NCBI RefSeq assembly: GCF_036321535.1
Contig: NC_087436.1
Span: 89,840,001-89,904,000, forward strand
Source of the DNA: Camelus dromedarius
Lineage: Eukaryota
Length of the DNA stretch: 64,000 nt
Direction: 5' to 3'
Below the pieces are notes generated by a model. It saw only the letters and a list, made by a program, of their open reading frames with translations, ran no database searches and was not told the origin of the DNA. The position numbers and the translations under genes are program-made. Positions 53,114 through 64,000 of the stretch are shown one piece after another. Numbering within the stretch: position 1 is the stretch's first letter; each line of letters begins with the position of its first letter.

Positions 53114-54505
53114 GTGCAGGTGTTCGAGGGCAGGTGGCAGCTGAGAACTAACTTTATAAATGAGTTTCAAATAAGTTTTATAACAAAATTTCATGAATAC
53201 CAACTTTGGAATAAAATAGTGTATAAAATAACAAAGTTAAGTGAGTATATTTATTTAGGACACTGTAACTATGCTTTTGACACAGAGTATTGTGGTGAAT
53301 AGAAATATGTAGTTAATAAGAAAACACTTTCATTTCACATTTATTCTGGACTGAGATATAATGTTTTGTTTATCCTGAGGACTCTGGAGTCAGGTTGCTT
53401 GGGTCCTAAAACCTGGCTCTATCTAGTCTGTAGAGTGTGGGTCATGAAGCACATTTTCTCACCTTTCCCTACATCAGTGCACACAGATATGGGGATGATG
53501 ACAGAGAGCCTATCTCATAGGTTTGTGACACAGATTATTATATTTCAAGTCCTTTGAAGAGTAAGCTCTGTGACTCTGTTATTTCAAACAAGTCTACTCT
53601 GTTATTTCAAAATTCTTTTACTTTTTATTTTTGCCTTAGTGGATACGATGTCCCAGGTTTAGTTTATGTTCTCTTTCATGGTTGCAAATTCATGTACAGC
53701 ATAATATTAAAAATAGTTCATGATGTTGTTTGTGTAGAATTATACATTTGACACTTAGTCATTGAAGCATTCAGTTAGTTCATGATGATAGAAATTAATG
53801 CTGTATTTTTTCCCTTGTAAGAGTATGGAAAGGGCTGTATTTAAATTTTTCTTTTCTTTGAACTTTTCTCCTATTGTCATTTGGCTTATTGAAAATCAAA
53901 GATCTAAATCACCTGGTTAATAGAGCAATCCAGTTAATTGTGTTACAGTTTATAAATTACATAACTTTCTAATGTAATTCAGTTTAATCTCAGAATTTCG
54001 AGCTTTCTTGATTACATTTAAAGGCAAGCTTGTATGGAAATAATCCTTGTGATTATTGAATGCTACTTGCTTTTATTTTCATGTCACTGAATGATAAAGC
54101 TTTTTATATTTAATGTGAATTATGTTTATTTATGATAATTAATAATGTTTTGGGCTTTATTGAGAAGATACGCTTATTTACAATCTACAAACTAAATCCC
54201 TACCATTATGAAATACCATCTGAAATATTTGTTTTAAAAGTCAAATTTAGGACTGTATCAAACAGTAATCATACTAATCATACTTTATATTATGTACTGG
54301 GGTCAATTTATTGTAATCCAGCTCACTTAAGATAGCTTCTGGGGAACTATTTCTTCTGAGCAGTGTGTGCAAAACAAAATGCTCTGGTCAGGTGTAGTTT
54401 CCAAATAAGAATGTCATAATCCTTCTAGGCATTTAACATTTAGGATTGTGAGAACCTAGGAAGAAATTAAGCAATAAAGCTATTTTTGTTGGTTGTGAGC
54501 ATTGA

Positions 54506-54763
<258 letters not shown>

Positions 54764-55641
54764 TAAACAAGTATTTTTAGTGTTATAGATTATGTGTCTG
54801 TCTCCTGCCTGTTTAGTCTACCCCCATACATGGAGATGTAAGGATCTTAATCTGCTTTTATCTGTGGTGTGCCATTCTAACCTGAGTGTTCAGATTAACC
54901 TTTTATATTTTATATCATTTTCAAAACATTCTATCACAGTGTGACAAACAATTGTTCAAGTAAAAATAATGATATTGTTGAGAGCCATTTTCAAAGATTA
55001 AGGCACCTTCTTGACTTCCATATGTCTGTACAGTTTTATAGATAACTGCTTCCTACAGATTGTGGTCATGGTCAGTGTTATAAATGGAAACCTTCTATTG
55101 GCACTGAGTAAGGTTTTTTTTGTTCATACTAGGTACACAAATACAGTACAGACAATCCTTACACATAGTAGGGATGTATAAATGAATCTAAAGAAAACTA
55201 GAATCTTAATGTTCTTGAATTCTATGGAACTGGTCTTTATTTTTCTTTAAAATGAGATCAATGGAAGAGGGAAATTGGTCTGTTGGGTTCAAAATTGGTG
55301 GACTAGATACAACATAGATAAATTCTTGATTAAGCATAGGAATTGTAATAATCAGTCTTCCACTTCTCCTGTCCCTATAGTGATCTGTTAGACACTTTTT
55401 TGTAGAAATTATTTTTCATCCACCTTCCTTATGGTCAGGGAGTGAGAATTAGAGGAGATGCCCTGTCCCTTTCTTGCCTGGTTGTCCTCCATCAGTGTCA
55501 TCTCTCTCCAGTGTCTTCCCTTTCTCTGATACCTCAAGGGGAAGGGTGACAGGTGTGGAGGTTTTCTGCCTGGAGAAACACACAAAAACTAAAGGTTTTC
55601 CTTTTTTTCAGATGCTCATAAGCAACGTTAGCCAATTTCTT

Positions 55642-56357
55642 TTTTTTTTTTACTGAAGTATAGTTGATTTACAATATTGTGTTTGTTTCAAGTATACAGC
55701 ATAGCGATTCAGTTATTTTGTCTTCAGATTATTTTCCATTATAGGTTATTAAAGTATATTGAATATAGTTCTCTGTGCTATATCGTAATACTTGTTGTTT
55801 ATCAATTTTATGTATAGTAGTCTGTATCTGTTAATCCCATACTCCTAATTTATCCTTCTATCCCCCTGCTTCCCCCTGGTAACCAAAAGTTTGTTTTCTA
55901 TGTCTGTGAGCCTGTTTTTATTTTGTATATTTGCATTATTTCTTAAATTCCACATATGAGTGATATCATATGGTATTTGCCTTTCTCTGTCTGACTTCAC
56001 TAAGTATAAAATTTTTCAAGTTCATCTATATTGATGCAAATGGCATTATTTCATTCTTTTTATGGCTAAGTACTATTCCATTATGTGTGTGTGTGTGTGT
56101 GTGTGTGTGTATCTCACATCTTCTTAAACCAATTTTCTATTTATGGGCACTTGTATCCTTTCCATGTCTTGGCTATTGTAAATAGTGCTGCTATGAACAC
56201 TGAGGTGTGTGTATCTTTTCAAACTAAGGTTTTCACTTTTTTCCACATATATACCGAAGAGTGGGATTGTTGGATCATATGATAGTTCTATTTTTAGTTT
56301 TTAAAGGAATCTCTATATTATTTTCCATAGTGGCTGCACCAATTTACTTTCCCATAA
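55642..56357 (-). mobile_element. LINE-1 3' fragment
   Basis: Poly(T) plus reverse L1 3' UTR; imperfect TSD ttagccaatttctt (55628-55641) and ttatccaatttatt (56358-56371). Confidence 0.9.
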
Positions 56358-57357
56358 TTATCCAATTTATTAGGAGCTCTTTACATTGGGAGAAGATATG
56401 CCGGTTTCATCATTAAAAAAGTCTGTTTTTCTTCCACCAGAGCCACTTCTCTGACCTCACAGTTCTTTTGTATATTAACTTGGATGGTTGAAGATGTAAA
56501 GTGGAAGAGGGGTGATGACCCCCAACTTTAGGGAAGTGGTTGATAGCAAAGTCTACAGGTCTTTAAAGTTCTTTCTAATTAGAATGTGAAAACTTAAGTG
56601 CTGTTTTTTCCCCCTCAACCTCAGGCCTTAGTCACAATTCTGCAATGACAGGAAAATTCCACTTTTCAACATAACCCTCCCCCTTGCATTATGTTACATT
56701 GTGACCTGAAATATTAATCATCCTCTTTCAAGAGGTTAATTGTAGTGTACAGAAACTTGAAAATATGACAGAGACATATTTGTAGTAAGAGTGTGTACCC
56801 AAAACATTATTGGTTGGCGGTAAAGGTAAGATTTCTGTGCAGCTTGTCTTAGTAAATGCTCCCGTATATTGGAGAGACACAGTGAGACACATCACCTCGA
56901 TGCGGAATCAAGTGCAGAGAGTCAAAATTTTGTCTGGCACTACATTTGAAGATTAGCAGAATATCACATAACATTTGGTTCTTATATGGTTAACTTTGGT
57001 GTTTTATTACCAGCCAAAACATAAAAGTAAATGATATAGGACCTCAAATCATCAAAGTTTGCAATGTTGTAGATTTTACGTTGTAACTATTAGTGTTAAC
57101 AGGTACTATGTTAAAGTTTGTCTGTTTTGCAAAGTGAATTATTTTACCTCAAAACATCAAAAGTAAACATATATACATAGATACTTTTTCTAGACATACA
57201 AATGTTTGTTATTTAGGGGGTTCTAGACAGTCATATATTTTTGGTGAAATGTATGAAGGGACTTTTTTTCCAGTGGTGGTGATGGATTGGACTAATCCTC
57301 CCCTCTTTGTTCTGACCGTACTTTGGGATTATGGACACATGTAGAAAGCTGGTAGCT

Positions 57358-58888
57358 TCAACTCAAAATGGATTGAAGACTTGAGTGTAACACCTAAAAC
57401 CATGAAACTCATAGATGGAAACATAGTGGATAAACTCTCTGACATTGGTCTTGGTGATGATTTTTAAAAATTTGACACCAAAAGCAAAAATAAATAAGTA
57501 GGACTGACTATATCAAACTGAAAACTTCAGCACAGCAAAAGAAGCTATCAACAAAATGAAAAAGCAAACTACAGAATGAGGGAAAATATTTGCAAATTAT
57601 ATATCTGATAAAGGGTTAATATCCAACATATATAAAGAACTGGCATAATGCAAAAGTAAAAAAACAAAACAAAACTAAACCAAATGCCACCATCCAATTT
57701 CAAAAAGGAAGAAAAACTAAATAGACATTTCTTCAGAGAAAACATACAAATGGCCAACAGGTACATGAAAATGTATTCAGCATCAATAATCATCAAGGAA
57801 ATGGAAATGGAAACCACAATGAGATAGCACCTCCCACCTGCTGGAACAGCCATCATCAGAAGGATGAGATATACTGTTTGATATCACTTATCCACTTATA
57901 TGTGAAATCCAAAAAAATAAAACAAATTAGAGAATATAACAAAAAAGAAGCAAACTCACAGATATAGAGAACAAATTAGTGATTACCAATGGGGAGAGGG
58001 AAAGTAGGGGGACAATATAGGGGTACAGGATTAAGAAAAACCAACTACTATGTGTAAAATACATAAGCTATAAGAATATATTGTACAACACATCACAGGG
58101 ACTATAGACAACATTTTGTAATAACTATGAAACGGTGACTAACTATGTTGTACAACTGAAACTTATATAATATTGTACATCAACTGTACTTCAATAAAAT
58201 AATTTTTAAAAGATTAGAGATAAATGTTGTCAATGATGTAGAGAAAAGGAGACCTTTGTGCACTGTTAGTGGGCATGTAAATTGGTATAATCACTACCAA
58301 GAACAGTATGGAAGTTTCTCAAAAAATGAAAAATTAAAAAAAAATTAAAAACTACCATATTATTCAATAATCCACTTCTGTAATGAAAAGAAGATCTCCA
58401 AGAGATATCTGCACTCATATGTTTATTGCACCATTATTTACAATAGCCAAGGTATGGAAAAATGGTGTGATATATATATCACATGAGAAAGAGCAAAATC
58501 CTGGCAATTTTTGACAACATGGATGGACCTTGAGGGCATTATGTTAAGTGACTAAACCGGACAGAGAAAGACAAATACTGCATTGTATCATTTACATATG
58601 GAAGAAAAAAAAGTGAAGCTCACATAAACAGAGAGTAGCTAAATGGTTGCCAGCAGCTGGAGGGTGGGAAAATCAGGGAGAGATTGGTGAAAGGGTCTAA
58701 ACTCTCAGCTACAAGAAGAATGAAGTCTGAGGATCTAATGTCAAGCATAGTGACTGTAGCTGGCAGCACTACTGTATAACTGAAACTCACTAAGCAAGTA
58801 GAACTTAAATGTTCTTGCCAAAAACAAACAAAATAAATATATAAATATGAGGAGATGGATATGTTAATTAACTAGATGGGGGAATCCC
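57358..58888 (+). mobile_element. Older LINE-1 (ORF2 end plus 3' UTR) with a nested L1 3' fragment at ~57872-58205
   Basis: tcaactcaaaatggattgaagacttg...atatctgataaagggttaatatccaa...catggatggaccttgagggcattatg; interrupted by a second L1 3' UTR ending tacttcaataaaa. Confidence 0.88.
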
Positions 58889-61800
58889 AAGTGTGATCAT
58901 TTAGTTAGTATTTCCATGTAGGAAGTTTTTTCCAGGCATTTGTTGGGGTTTATATATTTTAAAAAAACCTAAATTCTGGGGGAAATCAAGTAAGGAAAAA
59001 ACGGGGAAAAGCATTATAATTCTCCTGCAAGAATTAAAGCTTAGTAGTCAACATAAGGAATCCACTGATGTCAAGATGAAACTCAGAGCAGGGGATGCTG
59101 ACGGGTGAAGTTGAACACTCAAGGTTAAGGACAGTGTGTTCCAGAACTGGGGCAGTACCATGTCTGAGTGAAGTCACAATTAGGCATTCAGGCGCCTAGC
59201 AGTTGTGTGCTTGTGGTCCTGTCTGCTGCTGTCATTCTTAAGAATAAACAATATTTATAAGATATGTGCAAAAATACATAAATAAAAATAAAAAGCTGGT
59301 AGCTGATGTTAGGTGTGCAGTCATTAGCAACAGAACAAATTTAAATTCTCTTGTCTCTGAATTAAATTCGGATCTTTGGTCTCTTTAGTGAATTTAGCCC
59401 AACTACTTTAAAATTTTTAACAGGCTCAAGATAGGCTTTCTTATTTTAGGGGACACTACCACACATTATAGTAAACCTTAAAATGCACTTACATTCCAAA
59501 CTATATAGGTTGAATTGAATTGAATGGAATGGAATTTGGCAATGTTTAAATTTTTAAAAATCAATTATTTTGAACTTTTAGCTTTCTTTATGTATTTTGG
59601 ATTATGTGTATGTATGTGTGTGGGCACATGCATTTGCACATTGAGATAGTCCCTAAAATGCAATGTACATTTAATATCTCCATGGGCTCTTGAAATGTTT
59701 GATGGCCCTAGATATTTCTCCTAATACACATTTTCCTTGAATCACCCAATGCAACACAGTCTTATAGAGTTCTCTTTGGTCATGTCATGTCAGATTTGCT
59801 ACTTTATTTCCATCTTTATGCACCTTATTTACCCAGTCTTACCAATACTTGGTTTGGGAGAGTCTAGTTAATTGCAATACCACCAACCGGACACATACTT
59901 ACTTTGTCATCAAAGTCTGGTCAGAGGAAAGGATCCGTAACAGTTAAGTAAAAGAGGGAAAATCTAATATGAATTATTAGCTGGTACAAGATGGTTAAAT
60001 AAAAAAGTAAAAGAAAACTCTAAGCAGTATAGATTTAGTAAATGCGAAAGGCAGCATCTGCTTCTGGGGTGAAGCATCATGAACAAGGAAGGAACTTAGA
60101 ACTTGGAAGGAAGTCCTTCCCCTCAAGACCACGATTTAGAGCTCACTAGAGTGGATGCTGTTGCTATAGGAACATGCTGCTGTGAGGGTATGTGCTGAAA
60201 CTGGTCCAGAGGCATATCCTTCCTGGTGGCTGAAAACTCACAGCACAGCAGTCCTTGAAGCTGCACTGAAGAATGACAGTGCACCGGACGTGGCAGTGAA
60301 CCAGAGAGAAAAGCCCCCTTCGCTGGCTGTGACATGGGAGTATACCTCCAGCACCCTCTAAAGACAAACCCTAACCTTGTGTGAGCTGGTGAAGGAGCCA
60401 TGTTTACAGAGCCCTTCTCCTGTATCACAAAGAAGGGGAAAGGGGATGGACTTGGAGCTGAAAGTCAATGCACTAGAAATAGGTATACATAATAATGTGT
60501 GATGTGGGGACGATTCTGAGGGAGAGTCAAGAGACAGTTTGATCACTCAACAGGTAGTGTTTGATATTTGTCCAAATCTAGAGAAGAAAGTGTAAGCTGA
60601 CTAACCTAAATACACTGTAACACAGACACACACACTTTCTCATTGTAAATCTATTAGGGGAGACAGAGCTCAATTTCAAAACGGGTACATTTTGTGAAGA
60701 GAAATGAGTTGGTCTTCACGATGCTCAGATGGAGTGATTTTCAACCTTGATATTACTTTTGTTGTAAAGCAAGAAAAATAATGAGGAAAGTTTGAATGAT
60801 GTTAGTATCAATGGCCAGGTCAAGAAATGAAACTTATATGTGTTACTTTAAAGAGAAAGAATTTATTATGATGCGAAGGGAAAATATACCCATATTATTT
60901 CTACCTGTACATAAAGTGGATATGAAGATATCTAATTCATGTCTTATGGAAGTTATTTGTTAATGGGAAAACAGTAAAGAATAAATTTAATTTTACTGTT
61001 GGTAGCTTAGCTGATACAGTCCTATTTCTATGCAATGTGCATACTCAGTAGCAAGATCTAAACTCCGAAGTCCTCCTGTTCAGGTCAGTGATGTAGATTT
61101 GTTGTGACATTAGCCTGAGAGGAAAAAGCAGCATAGCAAAAAGAATTAAGAACCAAAAGAACAAACACACAAACACACACACAAACTACTGTCTCAGAAT
61201 CATTAACCAGAATAATTGTCCAAAGAAAGTTGCAGATCTAAATTATAATTAAAGATTCTAATTACAGTGTTTGCAATTAAGTTGAATTTTTTTAATTTCA
61301 ACTTTGAAAAAGTTCATAAGTAAGAAGGTAAATTTGGAAATGTACTGGTAGCTGACGATTGACAAGGCTGGTAGTAGCATTTAAGCAATTTCTAACTCTT
61401 CTGCATTTTTTTCCTCTTCTCTTTGGTTTATAGAGGGTCTTTTCCAATAGCAGTAAATATTTTCACTGTGTGTGCATATTCTTCGGGCATACGTGGTATA
61501 GCCACCAATTATTGCACTGAAACCTAGACTACGAACCTCAGCCCAAATGGTTATCTCTTGCACTGCTAAGTATTAGGGTTAGAACTTGAACAATGGAAAT
61601 GCTGAAGTCATCTCAAGATTTGTGACCTAGAGTTTACAGTTAAGCTATTAAAAAGCAGTCAGTCAGGAAAGTGGTGACCTTGGTTTGTTGTTCATACCAA
61701 TCTCCTTGGTTAATACTTGTCTATCTTATGCAGAGTACATTATCTCTTAGACACCCCAGAAGCTATTGGGATATTATGTAGTTCAATAGTGAACATCATA

Positions 61801-62329
61801 GGGAAGTTCAGAAAATTATTAGATATTGATATTTGGTTGAAAATTGACACTGTGTTTAAGTTGTTTACCTTTATCACAAGTTGCCATTTGTAAATAGTCA
61901 TACAAACATGGCGAATACTGTATATCAAAGGTAGAGTAATAATGTTTCCTCACTTTAAGGCCAGAATGCAGAAGCTGACTACTGGAAGGTTATTGATATT
62001 TTGGAAGGATAGGAACTAGGTTTAGGGAACATTCAGCCAATATTTTTCAGCACCCTCCTAGAGTTTTTAAAAATGTTCCTCAAAATGAGATTCACAGACA
62101 CTTGTGTTGGAATCAGTATTATTTATTTAAAAAGTTATTTCCTAGGTTTCTTCTAAGATCTGTGGAATCCTAATCCTAATTGAGGGGTGTGACAGTCTGT
62201 CTTTTACTAATTAAAGCATTTGACTTTTTCTGAGGGCAGCCAAAAGCCATCATATGATTGGTGGGGTGGGTTGGGGGTAATATAAAAGATATGTGAAGAG
62301 TCAGATTTTCTGCAATCCAATCATTTGCA

Positions 62330-62860
62330 TTAGAGACTGAGGGAAGGAAAAGCTGGTTTGAAAGCTGCTGTATGCCAGGCAAGAAATGATGGCCAGGGTG
62401 ATGGGACTGAAGTTGGAAAGAACTGAAAAGATTTAAAAGATCTCTGTGTGGTGGAATTGACAAGATGTGGTGATCTGTTGGAGGAAGGGGCTGAAAGAGA
62501 AGTATAGGATGAATGCTTGGGGGCATTGGGTGGATGGTGGTGCTAGTCACTGGGATATGGAACACAGAAAGAAAAGTTTTGTTTGCTTTTGATTTGGTGT
62601 CTAGGGGATGAGAATTTATGCTTTGGATGTATTGAGTTGGGGGCTTTGAGAGAGATTTAGTTGGAGATGCGAGGTATCAGTCATAGATCTGGAGCTCAAG
62701 AGAAGGGCTTAGAGTGCATCCTTTGGTAGTTGAAACTATGGGCGTACATGAATTCGTTCAAGGGAGGAAACTAAAGTGAAATGGTAATTATGCTTTTCTA
62801 GAAACTCTAGAATAGAAGAAGATGAAAAAAAGATTGCAGAGGAGACTGAGAAGGAGCAAC
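62330..62860 (-). mobile_element. LINE-2 fragment
   Basis: gtggatggtggtgctagtcactgggatatgg...tttggatgtattgagttg...gatctggagctcaagag. Confidence 0.65.
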
Positions 62861-64000
62861 CATGGGTGTCTGTCAAAATGAAAGGCATTCCCTTCCCCGA
62901 ACCTTAACAACAAACATCAGAGACCACTGCCTTTCTTTCCTTATCAGATGCAGTGATGTCCAACAGTCAGGTATCTGTATCAGTAATGGCCCTCTATCCA
63001 GGTAGGATTCTGTATACTGAAGGAGTATGGTTCATTTGGTAATGGGATGAACCCATAGGTTTTGCTCACAGTAAAACCTCACTTAGGGAGTTGGGTAATC
63101 ATTCCAGAAGAGTGCAGGTAAGTGTAGTTTGACCAATTTGACTCCACTTCTTAACCTTTATGCAAGAGGGAGGGTTGTAGGAACTAAGGTACATCCAGTC
63201 ATAGCTCACTTGGCTGCCTTGGGAGAGAAGCATTCCTTATCATTCCTCCATTCTTTTGTATAAACTAAATAACAAACCACCATGCTGAACATGAAGTGAT
63301 TTTTAAAATAAAAAATTGCAGAAGTTGCATGTTCTTTCCCTAGGTTACAAGGGTGAGACATGTCTTCTTGGGAGAACGACACAGAACGTGTGTGCCTTGA
63401 TGAGGAATAATAGACACTGTCCACTGGTGTTACTCCCACACGTTCTCCAGGAGATACCATTACATGTAGATTATTGTCAGACACAGAAGGTCTCAGGTCC
63501 CATGATGAGCATTTTCCCAAGATTAACAACACCAGGAGAATGTGGTTTTCATGCCAATGCAGGAGAGCATTGCAAAAGTAGGGAGAGAACAATAGCGTCA
63601 TATACTGTGGTAAAGCCAAGAAAAGAATTTGAATGTGTCATTAGATTAAGAACAAGGAGATATTTGTTGATTGTGGTAAAAGCAACCAGATTGCAGTGGG
63701 CTGAGGCATGTGGGAGGTGAGGAAATGGAGAAAGGGTGGAGGCAACCTGTTTAGGCAGCGGGGTTGTGGAGTGGAGACACGACAGAGGGCAGTAGCTGTA
63801 GGCATCATAGCTATCAGAGAGGCTTTTATTTTTAAAGATTGCATTGAACTTCTCACTGTTCTCCGAACATGCCTTTATCTTTTACAAGTCTCTGGCCTTG
63901 CAAATGTTTTTCCCTGTTCTTGTTATGCTTCCCTCCTACTTTGCCAACTGGAGATCTTTCATTTATTCAAAGCCAAACTCAAATTTCATCTCCCCTGATG

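Noticed and set aside
57569..57856. 95-aa minus-strand ORF
   Set aside because: Antisense reading of a degraded L1 ORF2.
62046..62066. RE1/NRSE element (ttcagcacc)
   Set aside because: Only the left half-site is present; the GGACAG half is missing.

Overview
Mammalian genomic DNA, probably camelid: it contains a vic-1-type tRNA-derived SINE, and I saw no Alu, B1, BovB, PRE-1 or SINEC elements. The window holds the 5' part of GABRA2 (GABA-A receptor alpha-2 subunit) on the + strand. That comprises a CpG-island promoter (~8000-9310), a non-coding first exon with a long (CT)n tract ending at 8912, and coding exons 9910-9980, 12600-12715 and 54633-54700. These splice in frame to [85 protein letters not shown]; the remaining exons lie beyond the window. 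The rest is upstream or intronic sequence with MIR, L2, L1, MaLR/ERV LTR and hAT relics. No ORF in the six-frame track looks like a real gene. The most notable unexplained structure is an ungapped 131-bp intronic inverted repeat with a perfect 43-bp core and many A:C mismatches (41770-42457), a candidate ADAR/dsRNA element. Other highlights are a U6-L1 chimeric retrocopy with an apparent 3' transduction (30674-31253), a second L1 with a nested L1 and an apparent ~400-bp transduction (57358-59291), a tailless 5S rRNA retropseudogene with 15-bp target-site duplication (TSD), and several candidate poison exons. Repeat family names come from recalled consensus sequences, not from a database search, and their boundaries are approximate.
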